Part shown: positions 9,526 through 19,253 of the stretch, one piece after another
How positions within the stretch are numbered: position 1 is the stretch's first letter
Layout of the letters: each line of letters begins with the position of its first letter
Assembly (NCBI GenBank): GCA_963749495.1
Contig: CAVVMW010000023.1
Location: forward strand, 800,001-864,000
Length of the DNA: 64,000 nucleotides
Source of the DNA: an uncultured bacterium
GTDB lineage: Bacteria; Verrucomicrobiota; Verrucomicrobiia; Limisphaerales; UBA8199
Direction of reading: 5' to 3'
Notes under the pieces: generated by a model
What the model saw: the letters and a program-made list of their open reading frames with translations, nothing else
Told to the model about the DNA's origin: nothing
The model's database searches: none
Made by a program: the position numbers and the translations under genes

Positions 9526-10917
9526 ATGCGCTTTCTCCGCGTCACAACGCCCACCCGCCTCGACATTCGTGAGATCGTCACGCTCGGGATGACGACCAAG
9601 GCCAACACGGACAAAATTGGCCACAAAGGCAGCGGGTTGAAATTCACGTTGGCCTACCTGCACCGGCTCGGCGGCTGCCTCCAGGCCCGCAGCGCGGACT
9701 ACCACCTCCACAGCGAGGTCTTCGCCGCGCGCATCCGCAACCTCGACCATCAAATGATCCGGCTAAGGAGCGTGGAGGGAGACCAGGTCTGGGAAGCCCA
9801 CATCACGACCCAGGCTGGTGCGGACACGTGGACCGAGCCTTGGTTCATCCTGCGCGAAATGCTCCAGAATGCCCTCGACGAGGGGGGACAATTCGGAGTC
9901 GGCGATGAAGAAACGCTGCCGGAAACGGCCGGGACCATCCTCCAGATCCCCCTCACGTCCGAACTGGAGCAAGCCTGGGCTCAGAAGGACCGTTGGATGC
10001 AGCCTCGCTATCCTCATGTGATCGGCCGTGGCCATCCTGAAGCCAAAGGGCTGTACTACCACGGCTTCCTCATCTACAACGCAGGCGGCAAATGGAAATA
10101 CAGCTACGACGTGACGCCGTTCCTGAAGCGCAGCCAGCTCTCCGAGGATCGCCAGCTCCGCAACGGGGATCTCCAGGCCGTCTTCTGCCAGATCGCCGTT
10201 GAGGCCGGGTTTAACGCGCTGGCCCCGGAAATCTACGAGGACGCTTTCGATTTGGACCAAAAGGAGGATGTCCACCTCCTCTACGAAGGCGTTTACCATC
10301 ATATCCAATCCGACCGCAAGGCCTGGGGCGGGCCAGACGGATTCGACCTCAAGCGAATGGAGGAGGTCTTCCACAAGAATTTCGGGGGCAACGCCGCCTT
10401 CCACACCCATACCCTGGCAGAAAATGATCCCACGGCCTATTACGCCCGCGCGGCCGGGTTCACGCCCGCCCGGGTGCCTTACCGGACCGGCAGCATCCTG
10501 AGCGGCTACTCGGACGTGAAAGCCCTGGAGGCCTGCCTGCCCACCCTCCAGCAACGCCTCCGCAAGGTGAAGAACACCGATTTCACCAAACGCGAGAAGC
10601 TGAAGCTGGCGATGAAATTGGTGCGCAAGATCCAGCCGCCGGGCATCAAAGTTGAGGTGGTTCAAAAGATTCATCACGAGGACAAGATCGAATGCCTGGC
10701 GCTGGCCGACCCGGCCAACCAGCGCATCCAAGTGCTTGAGGAACTCCTGGAAAAGGATGTTCCCGAAATCGCCAAAGCCCTGATTGAGGAATACACGCAC
10801 CTCCGAACCGGCGGCGGGGACATGTCCATGCTGCTCCAAAGAGGGCTGATTGAAATCATCTACGACCTCCTGGCGCGCAGGCGCAAGGTGTCCGTCGAAC
10901 ACCTGCAGACCACCTGA
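9526..10917 (+). CDS. Circularly permuted GHKL (HATPase-like) ATPase with a C-terminal zincin-like motif
   Basis: G2-like box TTKANTDKIGHKGSGLK precedes the N-box ILREMLQNALDEGG; C-terminal ALIEEYTHLRTG..D. Confidence 0.7.
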   Translation: MRFLRVTTPTRLDIREIVTLGMTTKANTDKIGHKGSGLKFTLAYLHRLGGCLQARSADYHLHSEVFAARIRNLDHQMIRLRSVEGDQVWEAHITTQAGADTWTEPWFILREMLQNALDEGGQFGVGDEETLPETAGTILQIPLTSELEQAWAQKDRWMQPRYPHVIGRGHPEAKGLYYHGFLIYNAGGKWKYSYDVTPFLKRSQLSEDRQLRNGDLQAVFCQIAVEAGFNALAPEIYEDAFDLDQKEDVHLLYEGVYHHIQSDRKAWGGPDGFDLKRMEEVFHKNFGGNAAFHTHTLAENDPTAYYARAAGFTPARVPYRTGSILSGYSDVKALEACLPTLQQRLRKVKNTDFTKREKLKLAMKLVRKIQPPGIKVEVVQKIHHEDKIECLALADPANQRIQVLEELLEKDVPEIAKALIEEYTHLRTGGGDMSMLLQRGLIEIIYDLLARRRKVSVEHLQTT

Positions 10918-10932
10918 CCCTCGCCCGCGGCA

Positions 10933-11154
10933 ATGCCCACTCTCCACGCCCAGCACATCGAGGCCGCCAGGCAGGAGTTCTTTGTCCGCGTCCTGCGCGC
11001 GCCGTGCTTCAACGTGTTTTTCAAGCCGGCCCGCTGGGAAACCTGGCGGGTGCTGGCAGAAACGTCCGCAGGCGCCCTGCGCGTCGCCCGATACCACTTC
11101 TACCGGTCCGACCAGATCGAACTGGCCCAAGTCGGGGCTGCGGCAGCGACTTAA
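10933..11154 (+). CDS. Small hypothetical protein
   Basis: 73 aa ORF in operon spacing. Confidence 0.5.
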   Translation: MPTLHAQHIEAARQEFFVRVLRAPCFNVFFKPARWETWRVLAETSAGALRVARYHFYRSDQIELAQVGAAAAT

Positions 11155-11155
11155 A

Positions 11156-11773
11156 ATGGACAAGGTTATGCGGCTCAAGAAGCTTGAAGAGGGCCATTGG
11201 GTGAGCGACGACGCGATGCAGCTCCATTTCTTCGCCAGGACGCCTCCGGAAAGGCTCGCCGGCCAAGCGCCTGGACCGCCGACGGCGTTCAAGGCCGAGC
11301 GTGCCGGACACGACGCTTGCTACGACCCATACGCGCCAGTCAATGTCCCGGTGGAGAATCTCCAGCTTCTGGCTGCGGTCAATTTCGGGGAGGCCAGGTT
11401 GTGCTGGCCCGGAAACGAAACCCGCTGGAGCGGCGATTCCTTCCGCTACGGCATTTACCGGGTTATGAAGGAGGCTGGGCAGCCAGATGGCCGGCGCGTT
11501 CTGCTGGTCGAGGTCACCGGCGCCGGCATGTTCTTTTACCAGTGGCAACAAGCCGATTCACTGCGCCTGTGGGAAAGCCTGGTGGCGGCCCTGTCGGAGC
11601 CACGGCTTTGGGACCTCATCCACGGCCTTGTCGGCACGTGGCGAAAGGGCGGCAACCGCGAGCGGGACCGGCTGCACCAACTCATCGTCGCAGGCCGGAT
11701 CAAACGCCGAAAGGTCCGGGGGGAAGATGCGTGGGAGGTGGCGGTTTCCCCGCACGCGGAGACCGTCCCCTGA
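11156..11773 (+). CDS. Hypothetical protein
   Basis: ATG 1 nt after the previous stop; protein-like composition (205 aa). Confidence 0.6.
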   Translation: MDKVMRLKKLEEGHWVSDDAMQLHFFARTPPERLAGQAPGPPTAFKAERAGHDACYDPYAPVNVPVENLQLLAAVNFGEARLCWPGNETRWSGDSFRYGIYRVMKEAGQPDGRRVLLVEVTGAGMFFYQWQQADSLRLWESLVAALSEPRLWDLIHGLVGTWRKGGNRERDRLHQLIVAGRIKRRKVRGEDAWEVAVSPHAETVP

Positions 11774-11982
11774 AGTGTGAGTGGTTCCCTGCCTCGAAGC
11801 GCCAGCTCGACTGTCATGAATCTCGATCGGCTGGGTAATCCTTCGAGACACCGTGCTCGACCTGACTGCGGACCTGTTCCAAGGGAGGAGACAAAGGCTT
11901 TGCCCAAAGGACCAGTCCAGCGACAGAGACACTGGCTGCTTCCGCCCCCGGATGCCGGGGAAATATCCACCGCACGAGGAAG

Positions 11983-12882
11983 ATGAGTTCCATGACTTTC
12001 GACCAAATAGTTGCGGCGATCCAGAGCCGCCGGTTTCTGCCGAGCAAGCCCATCCGGGAAATCCGCCCCATCGATCAGGAGCGCAACCCGCGCATTGTCG
12101 CCAGCCGCAAATACAACGGGAATTTCGCCACGGCTGTTGTCATGCAGCCGGGCCAGGTCGAATTCTACACCTCGTCCAACCTTGGCCTGGCCGGTCTCCA
12201 TCGCAGCCCGTGGTTTGAGGACGGGGATTGGCGAATCGCCCTGAGCGCGGCCGAGCCGGGCGCCATTTTTCTCGGAGAGCTTTTCATCCCGAGCGCCGGC
12301 ATCGAAGATCTCGGGGCTTTTCAGACGTGGTATTCCTGGCACCGCAATGGCGCCCGCGAAACTCCGCCCAAAGCCAGATTCCTTTCGTTCGACCTGCTTG
12401 CGCTGGCCGGCAAATCCGTTCATCAGCATCCGTACGAAGATCGTCATCAGCTCATCCCTTCCGCCATGCGCGTGGCCGCCGCGCCTTATACGAGGCTGGC
12501 TCAGGCAGCCGTAGCGGTTGATGACAGCACCACCATTGGCTGTGAAGGGTTTGTCTTCTGGGAGGCCGAGGCGGCTTCTCTGTGCAAGATCGGCGGTCAA
12601 AACAAACACCGCGGAGGCGCGTGGAAAGTGAAACCCGTCCGAAAGGAGACCTTCATCTTGCAACGTTTCCTCAGGGCGGAACCCGGCAGCTTCGTGATGA
12701 TCCTCGCAAGACCCGGCCAGCCTGAGTTTCCGTGCGGCAGCGGACTCGCCCACGAGGAACGCCGGCAGTTGGCCCAGGACTTCCAATGCGGCAAAACCGT
12801 CGTCGTGGAGGTCGCCCACTACGGATATGACGAGAAAGGCAGGCCCGAGATGCCGCGGGCCCTCGGCTGGCACAAGGTCTAA
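11983..12882 (+). CDS. Minimal ATP-dependent DNA ligase (adenylation + OB domains)
   Basis: Motif I ASRKYNG, III FLGEL, IIIa SFDLL, IV EGFV, V WKVKP, OB CGSGL and VVEV..YG...GRPEMPR; GAGG RBS. Confidence 0.8.
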   Translation: MSSMTFDQIVAAIQSRRFLPSKPIREIRPIDQERNPRIVASRKYNGNFATAVVMQPGQVEFYTSSNLGLAGLHRSPWFEDGDWRIALSAAEPGAIFLGELFIPSAGIEDLGAFQTWYSWHRNGARETPPKARFLSFDLLALAGKSVHQHPYEDRHQLIPSAMRVAAAPYTRLAQAAVAVDDSTTIGCEGFVFWEAEAASLCKIGGQNKHRGGAWKVKPVRKETFILQRFLRAEPGSFVMILARPGQPEFPCGSGLAHEERRQLAQDFQCGKTVVVEVAHYGYDEKGRPEMPRALGWHKV

Positions 12883-13065
12883 TGCCTGGAAGATGCGGCA
12901 AAAGGGGAAGATCAAAGGCCAGATGAGCCCGAGCGCAGGTCAGCGAGTGGACCCATCGGACGCTCGCAGTCATCCAACAGCCGGATTGTTGCGACGGCAA
13001 TTGCCGCGACGGCGCGGGCTCCGTGGGCGGGAAACGGTGCTGCAGAACGTGAAATCCGATTCATC

Positions 13066-13749
13066 GTGTCCGTGAGCCTTTACGTCCAGATCACCCAACG
13101 CTGCAACATGACGTGCTGTCATTGCGCGTTCAACTGTGGCCCCGGGGGAGCGGACATGTCGGCGGAGACCTTCCGGCGCGTGCTGGACCTTGGGGAGAAG
13201 GAGCAAGCGCCAATCACTGTTGGAGGAGGGGAGCCCACGTTGCACCCCAGGTTCATGGATTTCCTTTGGTGGGCAATTCGCCGTCAGGCCCCCTTGACCT
13301 ACGAAATGGGGATGCCTGCTGTGGGCTTGGTCACCAACGGGAGCCAGACAGCAATTGCGCTGGAGTTGGCGGCTCTGGCGCGTGTCGGGGTCATTTGCGC
13401 CAGCGTGTCCAGGGATGAGTTCCACGATCCAATTGACCCGAAGGTTTACCGGGCCTTCGAACCGTCACAGGAACCGGGAGACTGCCGGCGCATCAGCCGG
13501 CCGGGTTTGATTGTGCCGGCGGGCCGGGCACGGAACTGGGGGGACCATCCTTTCAAGCGCTGCGTCTGCGAAGGGCCCTTTATCGTCCCAACCGGCGAGA
13601 TCTACTCCTGCGGATGCCGGGTGATCCGGCTTGGGTGCGTGCGCGACGACAACCTGCATCTGCCGATGGAATGGCACGATCTCCCCTGTCCCATCGAAGC
13701 CGCGCGGACAGGCGGACGGCAGAAGGCGAAGGAAATGGCGCCAGCGTGA
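13066..13749 (+). CDS. Radical SAM protein with a short Cys-rich C-terminal (SPASM/twitch-like) region
   Basis: CNMTCCHC (CxxxCxxC), GGGEPTLHP, VTNG, VSRDEFH, C..IVPTGEIYSC. Confidence 0.9.
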   Translation: MSVSLYVQITQRCNMTCCHCAFNCGPGGADMSAETFRRVLDLGEKEQAPITVGGGEPTLHPRFMDFLWWAIRRQAPLTYEMGMPAVGLVTNGSQTAIALELAALARVGVICASVSRDEFHDPIDPKVYRAFEPSQEPGDCRRISRPGLIVPAGRARNWGDHPFKRCVCEGPFIVPTGEIYSCGCRVIRLGCVRDDNLHLPMEWHDLPCPIEAARTGGRQKAKEMAPA

Positions 13750-13867
13750 CGAGCCCTGGGTGCGGGCAGCCCGTCTGCCGAGCCGCTGCGCATCCAGGTC
13801 CCGCCGGACGCGCGGCTTCCGGATCGGCAAAGAAGGCTTCGCCCAGAACTCCTGGAGCCAGGAACCT

Positions 13868-14065
13868 ATGCAGGCACTTCTCGCATATTGGCAGACCGCT
13901 TGGGCGATCCTCGCTGGACATCAGAGGTTCCTCGTGCGCGGCAGGAACGCGCAGACCCCGAACCGTTACACCTGCGTTTGGGCCAGAGACCAACAGGATG
14001 CCGTAAGGCGGTTCGCAAGACGGAACCTGGAGTGCGACCGCATCGAGGTGCTTGCCTCACTCTGA
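13868..14065 (+). CDS. Small hypothetical protein
   Basis: 65 aa ORF after AGGA; same strand as the cluster. Confidence 0.4.
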   Translation: MQALLAYWQTAWAILAGHQRFLVRGRNAQTPNRYTCVWARDQQDAVRRFARRNLECDRIEVLASL

Positions 14066-14161
14066 ACCGTGCCGGGGAAAACCCCACTGGATGCTTCCAG
14101 CGGCTGGTCTGGTCCAGGCCCACCGGGACCAGAAACGTCCTCGAGAACCCTAAAATAGAGT

Positions 14162-14542
14162 ATGAAGAAGATACTGTTGATTGAAGACACCCCCACGCTG
14201 AGGGAGTCGCTCAAAATGATTTTGTCCAGGGAGTTCAGTGTCGTTGCCGCAGCAACCGGCCAGGAAGCTTTGGAGGCGCTGCGAGGCCAGACCTTTGACC
14301 TGGTGTTGAGCGATTTTCGCCTCCCCGACATGACCGGCGCCGACGTCTACCGCTTGCAAGCAGGCGATCATCCACCTTGGATGGCCATCTCGGCGTCGGC
14401 AGGCGAGGCAGAGTTCCAGGAATGGGTCCAGCGCGAGGGTATCCCCTATTTGACCAAGCCGTGCCCGGCTGCGTTGTTGATGGGCCGCGTGCGCCAGCAA
14501 TTTTCCGGACCCGGAATTCCCGCTGAAGCAGTGCCGGCGTGA
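14162..14542 (+). CDS. Stand-alone response regulator receiver protein
   Basis: KKILLIEDT, DLVLSDFRLPDMTG, AISA, YLTKP. Confidence 0.9.
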   Translation: MKKILLIEDTPTLRESLKMILSREFSVVAAATGQEALEALRGQTFDLVLSDFRLPDMTGADVYRLQAGDHPPWMAISASAGEAEFQEWVQREGIPYLTKPCPAALLMGRVRQQFSGPGIPAEAVPA

Positions 14543-14596
14543 CGGCCCTTTTGGCGTTCCGAGGGTGATCGAACACACCGGCGAATCGCCCATCGC

Positions 14597-15091
14597 TTGA
14601 ACATCCGCAAAATCATCTCGGGCGGCCAAACGGGAGCCGATCGGGGCGGGCTGGATTTTGGTCTTGCCAACCGCATCCCGATTGGCGGTTGGTGCCCAAA
14701 GGGGCGGCGAGCAGAAGACGGAATGGTGCCGGTGAGTTATCAGATGCAGGAGCACCCGCAGTACTCCTATCAGCCGCGCACAATCCAGAATATCAAAGAA
14801 GCGGACGTCACGGTGATCTTTGCTCCGGCGCCTCTGAGTCCCGGCAGCCGCTTCACACTCCACCAATGTCAAAGGCTGGGAAAGGCCTGCATCTGGCTCC
14901 ACAACTTCCCGGATGCGGAAGCCGACGCGAGGCTCCTGCGCGCTGCACTGCTGACGCTCGACGGAATACTCAATGTCGCCGGCAGCCGCGAAAGCAGGTG
15001 TCCGGGCATTCATCGACACGTGATGCGCGTCTTCGAACTCACCAACACTCAACCTGGCCTGGCCGCCGTTCGGGCAGCAGCGTCACCGTAG
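14597..15091 (+). CDS. cpYpsA SLOG-family protein ('putative molybdenum carrier')
   Basis: KIISGGQTGADRGGL, GGWCPKGRRAEDG, RT..NI..AD.TVIF, GS..T, LNVAGSRES. Confidence 0.9.
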   Translation: MNIRKIISGGQTGADRGGLDFGLANRIPIGGWCPKGRRAEDGMVPVSYQMQEHPQYSYQPRTIQNIKEADVTVIFAPAPLSPGSRFTLHQCQRLGKACIWLHNFPDAEADARLLRAALLTLDGILNVAGSRESRCPGIHRHVMRVFELTNTQPGLAAVRAAASP

Positions 15092-15173
15092 GGCCTGGAC
15101 CGCTGCTTGCCGGATCAGAACGGAGCGGCGCCGCACGTCAACTGCGCATTCCGGATTGAAAACGGCCGCCGGA

Positions 15174-15392
15174 CTAATTCCGGCCCGGCGAGGGCTCCCG
15201 GGCAACGATATGGAGGTTCAGCCCGGCTTCCGCCAATCGTGACAGGCTCTCGATCACCTCGTCGTAGGTATCTCCCAGCGCCCAAGGGTAGGCAACCACC
15301 ATTTGAGTTGCCCCTTTGGCTTTGAGCTCGGCGCACATTCGGATGAAGTCAGCAAATTTTTGTTCGTATCCAGGCGGCGTGCTGTGGTTCAT
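15174..15392 (-). CDS. Small hypothetical protein
   Basis: 72 aa, AAGGA RBS, protein-like (ALGDTYDEVIESLSRLAEAGLNLHIV). Confidence 0.6.
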   Translation of the reverse strand: MNHSTPPGYEQKFADFIRMCAELKAKGATQMVVAYPWALGDTYDEVIESLSRLAEAGLNLHIVAREPSPGRN

Positions 15393-15395
15393 GGG

Positions 15396-15902
15396 TCAAT
15401 TCCTTCCTTGGGAGATTGTTTCATCAGGAGAGCGGCAAAGCTCGGGCCGCCACCCCCGTTTTGTCACGTTGCTTTCAACGGGGACTCTCTCGCCAGATTC
15501 GGGCACCGCAGGCGCGCCGCCTTTTGCAGTCTGATTCAGCAGCCTGTGTGCGGGGCCATCATTGAGCATATCCATGCAGGCACGGTAATCCTGAGGAGAC
15601 ATGAGCGCTAGCTTAACCAATGCGCTCCATGTGCGCGGCGGCTCGACACAACAGAATTCAAGGAGCATCTCTGCCAGGCAATGAAAGGGGTGCGCCACGT
15701 TGCCTTTTTGCGACAGGCGCTTGATCGTTTCACGGGACAAATATACTCGCCAGGCCGCAACCGTGGAATGCCAGTCCCAAAAGAGCCGACCACCATCGGC
15801 GGTCACCTCAGGCGGCAACGCGGCCTGCGTTAAGGGGCCGGCGAGCGAGGAGGCGAAGGCGAGGATCGGCGCCTTCATCAAAGAATATGCGGAGTCGCCC
15901 AA
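15396..15902 (-). CDS. Hypothetical protein (uncertain)
   Basis: ORF downstream of a minus-strand TTGACA (15935-15940); ends 3 nt before the next gene. Confidence 0.3.
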   Translation of the reverse strand: MGDSAYSLMKAPILAFASSLAGPLTQAALPPEVTADGGRLFWDWHSTVAAWRVYLSRETIKRLSQKGNVAHPFHCLAEMLLEFCCVEPPRTWSALVKLALMSPQDYRACMDMLNDGPAHRLLNQTAKGGAPAVPESGERVPVESNVTKRGWRPELCRSPDETISQGRN

Positions 15903-16381
15903 GATGGCCGGTCGACGAGAGCGATTTTCACGCTGTCAAGTGGTAACATGATAACTTTGCTAAGGACGTCCGGCCATGGCTGGAGCGGGGCTTCCGCGTC
16001 ACCTTCGAGTGGTTCCTGGACGAGGTGCAACCTGCGCCAAAATGTGTCCCGCGAAGGCCCCCGACAAGCCGCGCCGGCGAGGGCGATGGACCGAACCGGC
16101 GGAGAGAAACGACCTGAAAAAAGGCCACGGCGACAGGAGGCGGAAGGGAGGCGCCCGCCCGAACGGCTCCGTCGCTTATCGAGCGAGGCGAGCCGGAGTC
16201 CACTCGCTCGCGAGGACCAGCACGAGGGGTAGAAGGGAGGCTGGCCGGAGCGAGTCTCTGCGACGGCCCAGAAGAAAATGTCGTGGATCTGGGCCGGCAC
16301 TGGAAACCTCTGAAGGAGCCCTTGCCGGACGGGCGCGAGCCTTCGGGGTTTCGAGGCGTAGTCGCGTTGGAGTGACGGCAG

Positions 16382-16513
16382 GCACTCCGATACGATCCGA
16401 ATCGGCCGGAGGATGTGCTGAAGGTGGAGGCTGACGAGCAGGGGATCGGCAGGTACTTGGTGGTGGCTAGGGCGCGAACAATCGCGCAACGCAAGCTAAG
16501 AGGCGTTGAATAA
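16382..16513 (+). pseudogene. Remnant of a phage large-terminase 3' end (copy 1; not in the ORF track)
   Basis: Reads ALRYDPNRPEDVLKVEADEQGIG-RYLVVARARTIAQRKLRGVE*, preceded by an in-frame stop; homologous to 23451-23580. Confidence 0.65.
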
Positions 16514-17195
16514 GCGGAGGCCGCGTTGCATTTGGGGCCGCGAGGCCACGGTTCCGTAGCTCCTGCACAATGTTGGCGACGTCCTCGCGCGCGAGGTAGT
16601 CGAGTAGGCAAAGTCTATTGCCGATTCCGTTCAGCGACGTTCCCACGACAATGCCGCGGGCCCCGTTGACTATCCAGAAGCGATCGTGGAAGTCCAATGA
16701 GTGGTGGTTTGAGATATGGAGCGTGGGGTGTGCGGAGAGGAGCGCGGTGGTTATGGTGCTTAGCGCTCCTGGAGTATCCTTCGTCATGTCGCGGACGATT
16801 ATGAGGTGCTGAACCCGCTGGAGGGTCGGGCCTAAGACGTTCTGGATGGCGGCTACGTACGCCGGGTCATTTCGGGACTTTAGGAAATAGGGGTCGATGA
16901 TGGTGATGCTTGTTGGTGGGTCGAGTTTTGCGAGGAAGGCCTTCAGCATGTCGTAGAGGGGTTGGCGGGCGGTGCGGGCTGCTTGCGGAAGTATGGCTTC
17001 TTCGATTAGGTGGGCGGTCCAGATGGAGGTTGTACCGTTCCGGAGGATATAGTCTGGCCCGTGCTCTTTTATGATGGTGTCTGGGGTGACGACGCCCACC
17101 GCCACGTCGAGCGGGTTCAGCGCGTCCTGAATTGCGAGGAGGCGTTCGGTCGGAAAGGGTCGCTGGGAGATGAACTTGACTAATAGCTCTTGCAT
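16467..17195 (-). CDS. Protein with a C-terminal PLD-like nuclease domain
   Basis: ITIIDPYF, FHDRFWIV and VGTSLNGIG: the HDR(F) variant of the PLD/HKD fold. Confidence 0.7.
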   Translation of the reverse strand: MQELLVKFISQRPFPTERLLAIQDALNPLDVAVGVVTPDTIIKEHGPDYILRNGTTSIWTAHLIEEAILPQAARTARQPLYDMLKAFLAKLDPPTSITIIDPYFLKSRNDPAYVAAIQNVLGPTLQRVQHLIIVRDMTKDTPGALSTITTALLSAHPTLHISNHHSLDFHDRFWIVNGARGIVVGTSLNGIGNRLCLLDYLAREDVANIVQELRNRGLAAPNATRPPLIQRLLACVARLFAP

Positions 17196-17327
17196 ACGTG
17201 TATGTTCAGCAGGGTAATTCTGGGGAGGGGCCTTTCAATACAGAATTTGGGCGGTGGCGGTCGCGTAGCCCCCTGGGAATGCTGAGCTGGCTGCTCTTTG
17301 TCGCGTCAGATTCGGAAGCTCCCCTTT

Positions 17328-18002
17328 TCACTTCCCGGCCATCGCGAGAACTTCGTCCACGAATGTGTCAAACGCCTTTGCCGGGTCTTTTGGATTCTCG
17401 GCTTTAAGCTTGTCCAGCAGGTTCTTGAAATCAGCCGTCTGCCTCCGATACTTTTCCGAGTCATCTGCAAACCTATCTAATAATTCGGTCTTGTGGGCCG
17501 ACATATTCAGAAATCTTCCACTAAGTGTTCCGATTCGAGCCACCATTTTGGCGGTTATCCGTTCGGCCGGCGCCTTGAAGTGACCATCATCGAAATCCAC
17601 GTAAAGCGCCGAATTCTTCTCCAAATTCGACCGGTTGTGAAAATGCCGCTGGGCGATTTCAAAGGCAGCCGAGGACTCCGCAATTCGTCCCGCCTTCCCG
17701 GCGCTCTGTTCTCTCGGCAACGGATTCAAAAAGTAGGCATTCACTTTGTTCTTCCGCTCATGGCTCCGAAATCCCTCAGCCACTTTCTTGAAATTCACCG
17801 ATTCGCCCATTAGCAAAGCGACGGCATTAGCCCCCAGGATTTCGACTTTGGCACACTCCTCCATTGAAATCTGATGCAGGAACAATGCCCGGCTCAAGGC
17901 ACCCGCCTTCGTCAAGAGTAGCGCCTCGTTGTAGAGATCAAGCGCATTCTGCAGCACCTTGTGAGTGCCGGCGCTCAGCGTTTTCGACAGCTTCTTATCC
18001 AT
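17328..18002 (-). CDS. abiV: AbiV family abortive infection protein (HEPN fold)
   Basis: NA..LY.EA.LL, RALFL..ISMEECAK, SHERK, KNSALYVD; visibly more AT-rich than its flanks. Confidence 0.85.
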   Translation of the reverse strand: MDKKLSKTLSAGTHKVLQNALDLYNEALLLTKAGALSRALFLHQISMEECAKVEILGANAVALLMGESVNFKKVAEGFRSHERKNKVNAYFLNPLPREQSAGKAGRIAESSAAFEIAQRHFHNRSNLEKNSALYVDFDDGHFKAPAERITAKMVARIGTLSGRFLNMSAHKTELLDRFADDSEKYRRQTADFKNLLDKLKAENPKDPAKAFDTFVDEVLAMAGK

Positions 18003-18099
18003 CTGTAGAATGGAAACCCTTTGCTGAGCGGCTGTCGAGAAAATGATTGCCGCAAAGCGACTGACGACAATTACTTACCCGGTGTCGCTGTGACCGGGG

Positions 18100-18700
18100 T
18101 CATACCTGAGCAAGGCTGGCAGATTTTACGGTCCGGGCCTCGGGAATTGGCTGAGCCACCGGCGGCGGGCCGGGGGGCTTAGCCGGTGCAGCTTCTGCAA
18201 CAGGTCGCTCTATGGATGTCGCTTGGTGCGCGTCGGAAGCGCCGAAGTTGGCCCGTCCAGTCATTTCTGCGGAATGAGCGTCCCGAAGATGGCCGTAGAC
18301 ACTCATGGCCAAGGTTCCGCCGTACTTCTGTCCGGGCCAGTGGGAGACGGTGGGGATGTCCACGCCTGACTCGATACAGCGCGTTGCGAAAAGGTGATGT
18401 AGGTCGTGGTGGGTGATGCGGGCCATGCCCACAATCTTTGCGGCCCGGTTCATGGGCTTTTGGCATTCGCGCACGCGCATGACCTGGGTCTGCGGGGTGA
18501 GGTCGGGCCATTCAGCACGCAAGCGGCCAAGGAGCTTCTTCATCTCGCCTGGCTAGGCCAGCCTGGCCGGGTAGTCCAGGTAGAACTGGACCGCGTTTTG
18601 GAGGGTGCGGCCCGACGGCAGCTTCGCCTTGGCCTCCAGGGCGGCCTGGATGTCCGCCATGGTCAAGGATGCCTCGCAGGCGGGCCTCTGGGTCGGCGCG
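18100..18700 (-). pseudogene. Degenerate tyrosine recombinase/integrase
   Basis: ITHHDLHHLFATRCIESGVDIPTVSHWPGQKYGG..AMSVYGHL: the HxLR Arg and LGH His are lost and the first catalytic Arg region is missing. An upstream fragment (RTLQNAVQFYL) resembles an integrase N-terminus. Confidence 0.8.
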
Positions 18701-19253
18701 GGCGGTGCCGGCGTCGCGGACGCAGGGGAGTAGGCGGGCAGTAGGACCGCCCGGTCTCCTTGCGGAGGCTTCTCATGGTGCCTGAGAACGGCGACTTGAG
18801 GTGGCCGGGATACTTCACGACGGCCTCCTGGCCCGGCGCCAGGGCCTTGACGAGCTTCCGCCATTCGCGCATGGGCACTTCCGGTGCAGGTGGTGGTGCG
18901 CTCGGTCCCAGGCCGCTCATCATCATTAACCACGTCACGCTTGCCCCAGGCGAAGACGCCCGCGTCCCGCTGGGGCCCGCCGGGGACGCGCACTATGATC
19001 GTCCGGTGCCTCGAGGTAACCGCCCAGTCAGCCCAGGTCCTGGCCAATGGGAACCCCACAACTCTTTACCTGGCTTCCGAGCATGGCTCTCCACCGTGAT
19101 CGAGGGTTGCCTGTACGCTGCCCACGCGCGCGCTGCTGATACATTATAAAATCCAGAGGCGTCGCAGCTGAGAACCCGCTCTCTGCCGTTCACCCGGTTT
19201 CTTCCGGATCGATGCCAAACGAGTAAACGGCTCCCCAACGAAGCCGGACTAGC

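Noticed and set aside
13066..14065. RiPP cluster (radical SAM plus small ORF)
   Set aside because: No precursor-like peptide, RRE, peptidase or exporter nearby; the enzyme is short and of a type common on mobile elements.
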